Shown: piece after piece, positions 1 through 9,273 of the stretch | Layout: the number at the start of each line of letters is the position of its first letter | How positions within the stretch are numbered: position 1 is the stretch's first letter | Assembly (NCBI GenBank): GCA_965224465.1 | Contig: OZ245049.1 | Location: 120,001 to 152,000, forward strand | Direction: 5' to 3' | Origin: Flavobacteriaceae bacterium | GTDB lineage: Bacteria; Bacteroidota; Bacteroidia; Flavobacteriales; Flavobacteriaceae | Length of the DNA: 32,000 nt | Position numbers and translations under genes: made by a program | Notes under the pieces: model-generated | What the model was told of the DNA's origin: nothing | What the model saw: only the letters and a program-made list of their open reading frames with translations | Databases searched by the model: none

Positions 1-266
1 TAGGAATTGTCAAAAACTATTCCAGGGATAAATTCATTTCTCAAAATAGTTTGTAGCGCTGTTATTTGATCGTAAAGCAGTTTGTTTTTTATAGCATTGT
101 TAGATGTTATATCTAGAACTACCATTGCGGTTTTATAATCCGCAACAAATTTAAAACTAAACCCTTTTATTTTTGTATTGTATAAAATCCATTTTCGAGG
201 AAATGACTTTCCAAAACTAGTCCAGAATTCTTTTCTTATACTTGCTGATTCTTCTCTACTGAACAT
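1..266 (-). CDS. DUF4268-like hypothetical protein, C-terminus cut by the window edge
   Basis: Manual minus-strand translation from the ATG at 266..264 gives MFSREESASIRKEFWTSFGKSFPRKWILYNTKIKGFSFKFVADYKTAMVVLDITSNNAIKNKLLYDQITALQTILRNEFIPGIVFDNS..., open to position 1. It is absent from the ORF track because there is no stop in the window. The family assignment is from memory of DUF4268 N-termini, not a search. Confidence 0.5.
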   Translation of the reverse strand, partial: MFSREESASIRKEFWTSFGKSFPRKWILYNTKIKGFSFKFVADYKTAMVVLDITSNNAIKNKLLYDQITALQTILRNEFIPGIVFDNS

Positions 267-344
267 ATTGGTGGTAAGATGTTTACTGTTTAGATATAGG
301 AGTGTTTTTAAGAAGCCTGGATAGTACTTAAGTTATCTCGTTGG

Positions 345-926
345 TTAGCCATGCACCGTAGGGCTCGTTCCTCGTTGTTTCATAAAATCAGCTTCGTATT
401 GTAATAATGCTTCCCATTTTTCGTCAACTATTTTACGATCTTGATACTGTCTAGCAAAGGCTAAAAAGGTAGTGTAATGTCCCGCTTCAGAGATCATTAA
501 TTCTTTATAGAATTTTGACAATTCTTCATCTTCCATGTTTTCTGAAAAAACCTTAAATCGTTCGCAACTACGTGCTTCTATTAAAGCAGCAATTAGTAAC
601 CGTTGGATGAGGCTTTCGTCTCTGTCTTTGGTTTTAGTAAAGTATTTTTGTAGGTGTGCGGCATAATCGTTTTTAGAGGCACGGCCTAGGGTCATTCCAC
701 GTTTTACCATCAAATCATGCACCATTTTAAAATGCTCTAATTCTTCAATAGAAATTAGTGCCATTTCTTTAACCAATTCCGTTTGTTCGGAATAATTCAT
801 TATAATAGAGATGGCATTTGAGGCTGCCTTTTGCTCTGCATACGCATGGTCTGTTAATATTTCTCGTAAATCGCTTTTAGCTATTTCTGCCCAAGAAGTG
901 GCAGTTTCAAATTTTAATCCTAACAT
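345..926 (-). CDS. miaE: tRNA-(ms2io6A)-hydroxylase MiaE
   Basis: The 193-aa ORF carries the di-iron four-helix motifs recalled from MiaE: LTDHAYAEQKAA, EELEHF, IEARSCERF and SEAGHY. Its start overlaps the upstream gene's stop (TAATG at 928..924). Confidence 0.85.
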   Translation of the reverse strand: MLGLKFETATSWAEIAKSDLREILTDHAYAEQKAASNAISIIMNYSEQTELVKEMALISIEELEHFKMVHDLMVKRGMTLGRASKNDYAAHLQKYFTKTKDRDESLIQRLLIAALIEARSCERFKVFSENMEDEELSKFYKELMISEAGHYTTFLAFARQYQDRKIVDEKWEALLQYEADFMKQRGTSPTVHG

Positions 927-2842
927 TATGAGTCAAACTTTATTTTTATTTCTTCTAAACTATTTTCAGAACCAACCAAGGTCATTTCATCTCCTAAGCG
1001 CAATCGAGTATAACCGTGGGAAATAATCATTTGCCCTTTTCGTTTTACCGATAATACGATTACATCAGAAGGAAGGCGTAAATCACGTAAATTGAGTCCA
1101 TGAATATCGCTATTTCTAATTTCTATGTCCATGGTATCTTGACCTTCGTCCATTCCCAGTAGGAGGGAAGTAGCATTGGGAGATCGTACAAAATGATCCA
1201 TTAGACTTACCATTGCAGTTGCCGGTTCGATAATTAGCACACCTAATTGATGGAATTTATCAAAATTTTCTCGCTCATTTAATCGTACAATTATATCCTT
1301 GGTTCCTACATACTCATATAATAGCTCTGCAATTTTGTAGTTTTCTTGATCAGAGAGCATCAATACGATGGCTTCTGCTTTTTTTAATTGTAATTCTTTA
1401 AAAACATCAATAGAAATTGTATCCACTTGAATAATATCATGTATGCTATCATCGGGTTTCATACCTTTTAAACAAACAATACGAGTGTTCCATTTGTGTT
1501 TTTCTAATTGTGTTGCTAAGGCAATAGATTGATTTTCAATACCAAAAATCACAGCATCTCTCGTGCCATCAAAATCAGGAACTTTGGCGCGTAAATGTGT
1601 TTCTTTAACATAATTTAGGGCGTACTTAAATAATGGAGGTCCAACCAATTGATTGATAACGATAATTGCAATAACAATGGTTTCAAATTCGTGACCCCAA
1701 GTAGGGAATTCTTTTGCAATAATGGTTGCTAGTCCAAGAGCAACTCCTGCTTGTGTTAAAAAGGGCATCCATGCAATGGGAATGTATTTTTTATCGTCCT
1801 TGGCTGCAAGTACTCCAAAGGCGCCTCCTAGAACCATGGTTATCAGTCTTAAAAAAAACAACGCAATTGCTATTCCAAAAACACTCATTAACACTTGTAG
1901 TGATAAAGACGCTCCAGTAAGCGTAAAGAATACGATAAAAATTAAAGGACTGATGTCGTGTAATAATTTGGAGAATTCTATGCGATGTTTGCTGTAATTT
2001 GTCAACACAAAACTAGCGATGATACAGATTAATAACGGTTCTATTAAAAATTCGTGTTCTAATATAAAAGAGGACTCTATTTTTATAAAATGAGCAAATA
2101 AATACACTCCATATCCAATGGAAACAATGATAAACCATTGTAGGTGCCTATGCATCTTAAAAGCAAATGGAAGTTGTAATATTTTCCCTACAATAATTCC
2201 AATACCAAAAGATGCTGCTATTTCAAGACTTAATATTCCTAAAAACAAGAATCCAATTTCGTCTCCATTTATAAATGCTTTTGAGATAGAAAAACAGATG
2301 GCAAATAAGATAATGACCAAAACATCTTTTACAACTGTAACACCCATTACTGTTTTTGTAAAGGGACCATTGGCACGCATTTCGTTTATTACGGCTATGG
2401 CTGATGATGGTGATCTTGCAACAAATATAGTTCCGAAGAGGATAGAAACTGCTATTTTAGAAGCGGAGTTCATCTCTTTCATAAAAGGAATGTTATCTGC
2501 CATAAAAAAGATGACTACAGCGCTCAATACAAATGTTATTACAAGTTGACCTATAGTCATCCATTTGATGCTATTGAGTCGGCTTCGCAAATCATTTAAA
2601 TACAATTCGGATCCTGCAGAAAATGCAATGATAGATAACGCTATTTCGTTGAGGAAATTTAAATTTTCTAAGGCCTCTAAAGTAATGAAATTTAAGATGG
2701 AGGAGCCCGCAACAATCCCTGTGATGATGAGTCCAGTGATGATTGGAAAATTGATTTTTTGAAATACTTTTGCTATTTGGTTTGAGGCTATGGCAATGAT
2801 GGCAAATCCTACCAAAAAGATGATGAGTTGATTTATGTCCAA
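926..2842 (-). CDS. Cation:proton antiporter (Na+/H+ exchanger family) with C-terminal RCK/TrkA-C domains
   Basis: 638-aa ORF. The N-terminal ~400 aa are polytopic and hydrophobic, typical of CPA-type exchangers. The C-terminal soluble part has TrkA-N-like (AVIFGIENQSIALATQLEK) and TrkA-C-like (IEIRNSDIHGLNLRDLRLPSDVIVLSVKR...GDEMTLVG) segments. Confidence 0.85.
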   Translation of the reverse strand: MDINQLIIFLVGFAIIAIASNQIAKVFQKINFPIITGLIITGIVAGSSILNFITLEALENLNFLNEIALSIIAFSAGSELYLNDLRSRLNSIKWMTIGQLVITFVLSAVVIFFMADNIPFMKEMNSASKIAVSILFGTIFVARSPSSAIAVINEMRANGPFTKTVMGVTVVKDVLVIILFAICFSISKAFINGDEIGFLFLGILSLEIAASFGIGIIVGKILQLPFAFKMHRHLQWFIIVSIGYGVYLFAHFIKIESSFILEHEFLIEPLLICIIASFVLTNYSKHRIEFSKLLHDISPLIFIVFFTLTGASLSLQVLMSVFGIAIALFFLRLITMVLGGAFGVLAAKDDKKYIPIAWMPFLTQAGVALGLATIIAKEFPTWGHEFETIVIAIIVINQLVGPPLFKYALNYVKETHLRAKVPDFDGTRDAVIFGIENQSIALATQLEKHKWNTRIVCLKGMKPDDSIHDIIQVDTISIDVFKELQLKKAEAIVLMLSDQENYKIAELLYEYVGTKDIIVRLNERENFDKFHQLGVLIIEPATAMVSLMDHFVRSPNATSLLLGMDEGQDTMDIEIRNSDIHGLNLRDLRLPSDVIVLSVKRKGQMIISHGYTRLRLGDEMTLVGSENSLEEIKIKFDS

Positions 2843-2911
2843 GGGTCTTAATTTAGTTCACCGCTAATATATAAAATATATAGAGGTTTGTTTTATACAA
2901 TAGAGATAAAG

Positions 2912-2957
2912 ATCAATATTTTTAAGGATGCTATCGCTAAAGCAGTTAAATATTGAT
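2912..2957 (-). terminator. Possible dnaX terminator hairpin (weak)
   Basis: Perfect 10-bp inverted repeat ATCAATATTT (2912..2921) / AAATATTGAT (2948..2957) with a 26-nt loop. On the minus strand it is followed by TTTAT. It lies 64 nt downstream of the dnaX stop. The stem is AT-only and the loop is large, so it is weak. Confidence 0.3.
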
Positions 2958-3020
2958 GATTTTAATGTTGGGTAACTGCTGAATCTCCGCAAAAAAAGCG
3001 AACGCAATACCTTGTACTTC

Positions 3021-4718
3021 CTACAATTCCAAATCAAATGTATTTCTAAGGAGCCCCATTTCTGGATTCATTTCTAATAATTTTTTAAATTTTTCTTGAG
3101 GAGTGTACGCAAATCGTTTTGCAACGGTTTCATTCACTTCAATTCTAAGGTCTAAACTAAAGTTATTTAATGCTTTACGGATAAAACCTAGTAATATATG
3201 ACGGTGACGCATTAATTGAGATTCCATTAAAGTATTGGGTAACTCCACAATAATATGTTGGTTATTTTCTCTAGGAACTCCCGCATTGATAATAGAAGCG
3301 ATACTTTTTTCGCCACGTTTTAGTAATAGTTGTATATATTGTTTCCAAACGAGTGCTAGCTTTTCTGTATCGAAAACATCTTTCGGTAATTTTGAAAGAT
3401 CTATATTTTCTTCTTCGTCTACTACCTCCACTTTTTTTGCGAAAACGCTTTTCATGGTCAAGCCAGTTGGGCGTTTACGTCTTCCCATTTCCTTTTTTGG
3501 TTCCTGTACTTTTGGCACTTCTTGTTCGGAAGTAGGGGAAGGGGCATTTTTGCTAGTAGGAGCGACTTTTTTTTCTGCTGTTTTATTTTCTAGCCGCTCT
3601 ATTGTGTCTTTAAAAAACGTTGCTGGAATTATGTAGTTTCTAGCTTTTTTTTTTTCTCCATCAAAATTGATAGAGGCAAGCTGCATTAAACATAATTCGA
3701 CGAGTAGCCGTTGGTTTTTACTTAATTTGTATTGCAAATCACAATTATTTGCTTTGTCTATAGCTTGTAATAGGAACGTTATACTGGTTGCTTGAGATTG
3801 CTCTAAATATCTTTTTTTTGCATTGTCACCAACTTCCAAGAGATTAATGGTAATACTGTCTTTGGCAACCAACAAGTCTCTAAAATGAGATGCCAACCCG
3901 TTGATATAATGATGCCCTTCAAACCCTTTAGATAAGATACTATTGAATTGGAGCAATATATTTGGGATGTCATTTTTTAACAATAAATCTGTCGTTGTAA
4001 AATAGACGTCATAGTCTAGGACGTTTAAATTTTCGGTAACAGCTTGTCTTGTCAATTCTTTTCCAGAAAAACTGACAACACGGTCAAAGATAGAAAGTGC
4101 ATCTCGCATTGCGCCATCTGCCTTTTGAGCAATAATATGCAAGGCATCATCTTCTGCATTTATCCCTTCTTCTTTGGCTATTTTTTTTAAATAATTTTTA
4201 GCATCTATTACTTGAATTCGTTTAAAGTCAAAGATTTGACAACGAGACAAAATCGTTGGGATAATTTTGTGTTTTTCGGTGGTAGCTAATATAAAAATGG
4301 CATGTGCAGGCGGCTCTTCTAATGTCTTTAAAAAAGCATTAAAAGCTGCTTGAGATAACATGTGTACCTCATCTATAATATAGACTTTGTATTTTCCTAC
4401 TTGTGGGGGTATTCGAACTTGTTCTATTAAATTTCGAATATCATCTACCGAGTTATTAGAAGCGGCATCCAATTCAAAAATATTGAAAGCAAAATCGTGA
4501 TCTTCTGGATTTTCAACACTTGCTTCGTTTATTTTTTTTGCTAAAATACGAGCACAGGTTGTTTTTCCAACACCTCTAGGTCCAGTAAATAACAAGGCTT
4601 GTGCAAGGTGATTGTTCTTAATAGCATTCTCTAGGGTATTGGTGATTGCTTTTTGCCCAATAACTTCACTAAAAACTTGAGGACGGTATTTACGCGCCGA
4701 TACTATAAATTGCTCCAT
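3021..4718 (-). CDS. dnaX: DNA polymerase III subunit gamma/tau
   Basis: 565-aa ORF with the AAA+ clamp-loader motifs: Walker A GPRGVGKTT, Walker B IIDEVHML, sensor TTEKHKIIPTILSRCQ, and the typical N-terminus ARKYRPQVFSEVIGQ. Confidence 0.95.
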   Translation of the reverse strand: MEQFIVSARKYRPQVFSEVIGQKAITNTLENAIKNNHLAQALLFTGPRGVGKTTCARILAKKINEASVENPEDHDFAFNIFELDAASNNSVDDIRNLIEQVRIPPQVGKYKVYIIDEVHMLSQAAFNAFLKTLEEPPAHAIFILATTEKHKIIPTILSRCQIFDFKRIQVIDAKNYLKKIAKEEGINAEDDALHIIAQKADGAMRDALSIFDRVVSFSGKELTRQAVTENLNVLDYDVYFTTTDLLLKNDIPNILLQFNSILSKGFEGHHYINGLASHFRDLLVAKDSITINLLEVGDNAKKRYLEQSQATSITFLLQAIDKANNCDLQYKLSKNQRLLVELCLMQLASINFDGEKKKARNYIIPATFFKDTIERLENKTAEKKVAPTSKNAPSPTSEQEVPKVQEPKKEMGRRKRPTGLTMKSVFAKKVEVVDEEENIDLSKLPKDVFDTEKLALVWKQYIQLLLKRGEKSIASIINAGVPRENNQHIIVELPNTLMESQLMRHRHILLGFIRKALNNFSLDLRIEVNETVAKRFAYTPQEKFKKLLEMNPEMGLLRNTFDLEL

Positions 4719-4992
4719 TAAAAACTGTTTTAGTTTACAAAAATATCAAAAGTGATGTGATTTCTACTATAATTATCTTCTTTATTTATTTTAATGATAT
4801 GATTTTTGCGTTTGGGTGGCTTATTATTGTGAAGGATTCATTTGAACATACGGTTAGAAGGACTTGTTATAATGATAGTTAAAAATCTTCTTTCGGAAGT
4901 GTAAACTCGTACCCTTATGCTGAGGCTGTTGAATTTTAGATAGATTTTTTTTAGGAACTAGAAGAAAGCAAGCTCTATTTATAGGTTTATCT

Positions 4993-5043
4993 ACTCAAAT
5001 AAAAACCCGCTTAAGAGGTCAAAAGACGACTAGAAGCGGGTTT
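4993..5043 (-). terminator. Rho-independent terminator of the sulfatase gene
   Basis: 10-bp GC-containing stem AAACCCGCTT (5003..5012) / AAGCGGGTTT (5034..5043). On the minus strand it is followed by TTTTTATTTG. It lies 44 nt downstream of the sulfatase stop. Confidence 0.55.
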
Positions 5044-5086
5044 ATACTCGATCAATCAGGGGTATAACGTGTGTTTTTGTTATGGA

Positions 5087-6625
5087 TTAATGTTTTTTGG
5101 CTTTAATTAGCTTAATTTCTTCTAACATTTTAGCAACTAACTCAGGAGATGTTTTTGCTAAGTTTTTAGTTTGTTTTCTGTCTAGGCGTAGATTATACAA
5201 TTGCATTTCCAAAGATCGTCCAGTTTCTATATTGACAAATTTATTGGTCATTTTAGATCCTTTATGAGGTGGGATTAAGACGTAGTCTCCAGATCTAAAA
5301 GAGGTTATTTTTCCTTGTCCAAGAATTAGTTGTGCTCTTCCTGTATCAGATTTACCGAGCAGTGCATCTAAAATGTTCTCACTGTCAGAGCTGTTGATTT
5401 TTTGCCCTGTCAAGGCAGCAAAAGAGGCTAAGAAGTCCATTTGACACACTAAGGCATCAGAAGTAGTTCCGGCTTTTATTTTTGCGGGCCATTTTATCAT
5501 AAAAGGAATATGTGTACCTGCATCAAACAAGCTGTATTTACCTCCTCTAAGACCACCTGTAGGGGTGTGCTTTCCTATTTTAATTACTGCATCATCCTTG
5601 TATCCATCATCTAAAACAGGGCCATTATCACTTGAAAATATAACAATAGTGTTTTCTGTTAATTTTAGACGGTCTAATTCGTCGAGTACTTGTCCTACTT
5701 CCCAGTCGGCTTCAAGGATCACATCTCCTCTTGGTCCTAAACCAGATTTTCCTGCAAAGCGTTCGTTAGGAACTCTTGGAACATGGGGTTGGTGTAAACT
5801 ATAAAATAAAAAGAAAGGGGTTTCTTTATTTATATTTATGAATTTTAAGGTTTCTTTTAAAAAATCATCTCCCATATTTTCATCCGTAAAAAGAGCTGAT
5901 TTTCCACCTTTCATAAATCCAATTCTAGAAATTCCATTGTTAATGCTCATATCATGACCATGACTAGGGAAAAGTTTTAATAATTCAGGATTGTCTTTAC
6001 CTGTAGGTTCTCCTTCAAAATTTTTCTTGTAGCTCACTGCTATTGGATCTGAAGGGTCCAAGCCGTCTATATGGTGATTTTTAACGTATACAGAAGGAAC
6101 TCTGTCGTTTGTTGATGCCATAATATATGAATAGTCAAACCCTATTTCTCGGGGGCCAGGGGTAATTTTACCATTCCAATCTAAGTTTTTATCTCCCAGT
6201 CCAAGGTGCCATTTTCCAACAACTCCAGTAGTATATCCAGCTTTTTGCAACATAGAAGGAAGTGTTTGTTTGCTTGTATCAAAAAGTAAACTGGCATTTC
6301 CGGGTAAAATTTGAGCGCGCTTGCTTCTAAAAGGGTAAATCCCTGATAACATAGAAAATCTACTCGGAGTACATGTAGGGGAAGTGGCATATCCATTTGT
6401 AAATCGGATTCCTTGTTCCCCAATTCTGTCCATATTTACTGTTTTTAATTCGGTAGCCCCATAACTACTAACATCTCCAAAGCCTAAATCATCAGCATAA
6501 ATAATAATAATGTTAGGCTTCGTTATTTTTTGTGCGGTTTTTTCTTGTGCTTTTTTTACCTCTGGTTTACAAGCAAAAGCAAACAAGGCAATAAGTAGAA
6601 CCGTACCTATTTGTGTGGTCTTCAT
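5087..6625 (-). CDS. Arylsulfatase-family sulfatase, lipoprotein
   Basis: 512-aa ORF with the formylglycine motif CTPSRFSMLSG, the metal-binding IIYADDLGFGD, and the later GKWHLG motif. The N-terminal signal peptide ends in a lipobox-like FAC. Confidence 0.9.
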   Translation of the reverse strand: MKTTQIGTVLLIALFAFACKPEVKKAQEKTAQKITKPNIIIIYADDLGFGDVSSYGATELKTVNMDRIGEQGIRFTNGYATSPTCTPSRFSMLSGIYPFRSKRAQILPGNASLLFDTSKQTLPSMLQKAGYTTGVVGKWHLGLGDKNLDWNGKITPGPREIGFDYSYIMASTNDRVPSVYVKNHHIDGLDPSDPIAVSYKKNFEGEPTGKDNPELLKLFPSHGHDMSINNGISRIGFMKGGKSALFTDENMGDDFLKETLKFININKETPFFLFYSLHQPHVPRVPNERFAGKSGLGPRGDVILEADWEVGQVLDELDRLKLTENTIVIFSSDNGPVLDDGYKDDAVIKIGKHTPTGGLRGGKYSLFDAGTHIPFMIKWPAKIKAGTTSDALVCQMDFLASFAALTGQKINSSDSENILDALLGKSDTGRAQLILGQGKITSFRSGDYVLIPPHKGSKMTNKFVNIETGRSLEMQLYNLRLDRKQTKNLAKTSPELVAKMLEEIKLIKAKKH

Positions 6626-7003
6626 ATAATTTAAGTTAAAAAAATTAGATATGAGTAAAGGTATAAATTACGATTCAGATAAACGTAGTTTATACAGTTA
6701 AAAAATGAATTATTTTTAGAAGGTATGTTTTTTTTGGGATTTGCTATCTATTTTGTGTGCTAAGAATTATACAAATTACAATTCAAAATAGCCGATAGAA
6801 TAATACTGTTTTTTAATGGAGATTTAGATTTGTACCCACACAAATCTTGGTAGAACCAATGTTTTCTTTAGGGATCCTATCAAAACCGAAAATTCTCCTC
6901 TTAAGATCTCTATTTCTTGCTATAAATTCGGTTTTAAAAGGTTTTCCAGTAGTAATTGGCTGTAAATATCTAGTTGAAGCAGTCTACTCAATTAGCTGTA
7001 GTG

Positions 7004-7579
7004 CTACCATTTTACAGGTATTGTTATTCTTTCTCCAAATTTATCATTGTCTAAAAATTGTATAGAAATACTATCATTTTCAGTTAGTTTTTTAAATAAT
7101 TTGCTGTGTTTTTGTTTAAACTCACTTACCGTACCAATATGTAAAGTGTCTTTGTTTTCTCTTAACATTTTTTTTATATAAGGATTAAAGTAACTTCTAG
7201 AATATTTTACTGTGTCAACAAAATGTTTTGTATAGATTAAAAATTGTTTGGAAGATTTTGCATTAATAGGTTTTTTTCTTGAAATACTTTGCTTAATCAG
7301 CTTATTGTTTTTGACTAAATACATTTTCATTGGATTTCCTTTTAACTTGTTTCCATAGATATATTTATAATTTAAAAATGTTATTTTTTTTGAAAAAAAG
7401 TTTGTTATTTCTGTTTGAATAGGTATACTTATAACTGAAATGGTTTTCATTTTTTTACTATACCAAAGTGTAATTTCTTTTTTCGATTCAAATTGTTTTA
7501 TTTGAATTTCTTGTTTTATTGTATTACACGACAATACCAAAAAGAGAAATATTATTTGTAAAAAAAGTATTTTCCTCAT
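7004..7579 (-). CDS. Hypothetical lipoprotein
   Basis: 191-aa ORF whose N-terminus MRKILFLQIIFLFLVLSC has a signal peptide and lipobox Cys. I recognise no domain. Confidence 0.6.
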   Translation of the reverse strand: MRKILFLQIIFLFLVLSCNTIKQEIQIKQFESKKEITLWYSKKMKTISVISIPIQTEITNFFSKKITFLNYKYIYGNKLKGNPMKMYLVKNNKLIKQSISRKKPINAKSSKQFLIYTKHFVDTVKYSRSYFNPYIKKMLRENKDTLHIGTVSEFKQKHSKLFKKLTENDSISIQFLDNDKFGERITIPVKW

Positions 7580-7655
7580 AATTATTCGTTTATAAATAGA
7601 GTTTCAATAATTTCAACAGGGACACATAATCTTAGTTATTAGCAACCAACCATTG

Positions 7656-8339
7656 TTAAAACCCGCTTTTAATTCTATATTTATCTAATAATTCCCCTGT
7701 AACTCCATCAATTAGATAACGTACGGTTCCCTTTCTATTTCTTTTATCTTCATGTTTTTCGTTCCCTTTTAAAAAGCCAATAAACCAAATGGGTTTTTTA
7801 TTAACAGAACCTTGGTTTAAATTATTATGTACCGCGTAAAACTCCGTAACGTGATACTTTTCAATGTCTTTTTTGGCAATTCTCTTCACTATTTCTATGG
7901 CTTCTGCCCAACATATTTTATAGCCTTTCTCGTAATCTATTACTTTCGTTATTTTTCCTTGTTCATTGTAATGAGTTTCTTTGAAGATAGGTTTTGTGCC
8001 GTTGATGTAAACAAAACTTACTCTTTTAATTGTTCTGTTTTTTCTATATAAAATCCATTTATCAATGCCTAATTGTTTGCTTGTTTGGTAATTTGCAATA
8101 CTTCCACTAGATAAAACAGAAAATAGATTTTTATAATTCTCATTGTCTGATATGACAATATCCCCGTTTTCGTCTTTTGATTGTTTTAAAATATTTGGAT
8201 TAAGGACTAATTCTTCTTTATTTATTTTAAAAATAGGTTCGTTGTAATGACAAATAGTATCATTTACAACGTACTCTTTAGGTACAGAGGAACAATTAGT
8301 AAAAAAAACACTTAACAATAAAATATGTAAATATTTCAT
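7656..8339 (-). CDS. Hypothetical lipoprotein
   Basis: 227-aa ORF whose N-terminus MKYLHILLLSVFFTNC has a signal peptide and lipobox Cys. I recognise no domain. Confidence 0.6.
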   Translation of the reverse strand: MKYLHILLLSVFFTNCSSVPKEYVVNDTICHYNEPIFKINKEELVLNPNILKQSKDENGDIVISDNENYKNLFSVLSSGSIANYQTSKQLGIDKWILYRKNRTIKRVSFVYINGTKPIFKETHYNEQGKITKVIDYEKGYKICWAEAIEIVKRIAKKDIEKYHVTEFYAVHNNLNQGSVNKKPIWFIGFLKGNEKHEDKRNRKGTVRYLIDGVTGELLDKYRIKSGF

Positions 8340-8415
8340 ATTATTTTAATTTAGAATATTGTTGTAATTTTTCCCACTGCCATTTGTGTGCACGAATCTT
8401 AGTTGCTAGGAAACG

Positions 8416-9273
8416 TTAGTGTATATCCAATTGTTCTTTAAATTCTTTCGTTAGATAAGGTTTTAATTCGTCAAAAGAGTAAAACAAGTCAAAGGAAGGC
8501 TCTAATGATTTAAAAGGTTGAGCATAACCTAAAGAATAAATAAACAGTAAACCATCAATGTTATTTTTTGATGTTAAAATAAAAAAGTTTAAATCATTTA
8601 AAGAAAAGCCGTTGTAATACATTTTAATGTTATTTACTGCGTCTAAATAACTTTCGGAATGTTTTTCTTTATAATAGCGCAAGTCATCTGTTATTATTTT
8701 TTGTATTATGGAATCATTCTTTTTTATCAGAAATTTTTTTTTATCAAGGTTTATAATGTCATCAATTGTTAATAATTTGATCGTTTTTAAATTTATATTA
8801 ACTGGATAGATAGATTGTTGATAGTTCGCGAAAAATGATTCTCTATAACATTCAATACTAACAAATTCTTTTTTATTGTACAATGTATTGAAATATACAT
8901 TTATTTCTCCAAATCCATAATACGAAGGAGAGCAATTTGCTCTAATTTTTTCGAACATTAATTTTACTGCATCTTCTGTAGTAGTTTTTAGAGAGTCATT
9001 TTCTAAAAGCTCAAAAAGCTCAGTATTATCTTGCGTTTGCTGATATATTAAAGTGTTTAGGGTTTTTTGAGTATTTTTATTATCTAAATTTAATTTTGGT
9101 AAGGAATATGTGATTTTAAAAACATCCCTTCCTTCTTTACAAACAACAGCGTCTTTTATTGCTGTAATAAGATTTTTTTGTTTAGAACCAATACTGTTTT
9201 TTATTTGACTTCTACAAGATAAATTTGTAATAATTAAAAAAAAACAAAGGATGTAATTACGTAAATTTTTCAT
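8416..9273 (-). CDS. Hypothetical lipoprotein (possibly DUF4163/DUF3298-like)
   Basis: 285-aa ORF with N-terminus MKNLRNYILCFFLIITNLSC. The domain guess rests only on a loose recalled resemblance and is not verified. Confidence 0.6.
   Translation of the reverse strand: MKNLRNYILCFFLIITNLSCRSQIKNSIGSKQKNLITAIKDAVVCKEGRDVFKITYSLPKLNLDNKNTQKTLNTLIYQQTQDNTELFELLENDSLKTTTEDAVKLMFEKIRANCSPSYYGFGEINVYFNTLYNKKEFVSIECYRESFFANYQQSIYPVNINLKTIKLLTIDDIINLDKKKFLIKKNDSIIQKIITDDLRYYKEKHSESYLDAVNNIKMYYNGFSLNDLNFFILTSKNNIDGLLFIYSLGYAQPFKSLEPSFDLFYSFDELKPYLTKEFKEQLDIH

Noticed and set aside
1722-2762. Plus-strand ORFs (1722..1997, 1726..1920, 2118..2549, 2565..2762) inside the antiporter gene
   Set aside because: These are shadow ORFs antisense to a well-supported 638-aa membrane protein gene. 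They have low-complexity composition and no recognisable domains.
3235-3636. Plus-strand ORFs 3235..3636 and 3353..3535 inside dnaX
   Set aside because: They are antisense shadows of the dnaX coding region.
4719-5000. Possible small RNA gene (for example SRP RNA) in the 368-bp gap next to dnaX
   Set aside because: I could not find the conserved SRP domain IV sequence features or any extended GC-rich helix. Only short 4-6 bp hairpins are present.
6826-6847. Perfect 8-bp hairpin AGATTTGT-acccac-ACAAATCT downstream of the 191-aa lipoprotein gene
   Set aside because: No T-tract follows it on either strand, and it lies ~160 nt from the nearest stop codon. That is not enough to call it a terminator or an RNA element.
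6847-7065. 72-aa plus-strand ORF with a TTG start
   Set aside because: It overlaps the 3' end of the 191-aa lipoprotein gene on the opposite strand. It has no recognisable features and a non-ATG start.
8298-9244. Homopolymer tracts (T8 and T9 on the coding strand) within the signal-peptide codons of two lipoprotein genes, as possible phase-variation switches
   Set aside because: They arise from consecutive TTT (Phe) codons, which are common in hydrophobic signal peptides of AT-rich genomes. There is no evidence of length variation from a single sequence.
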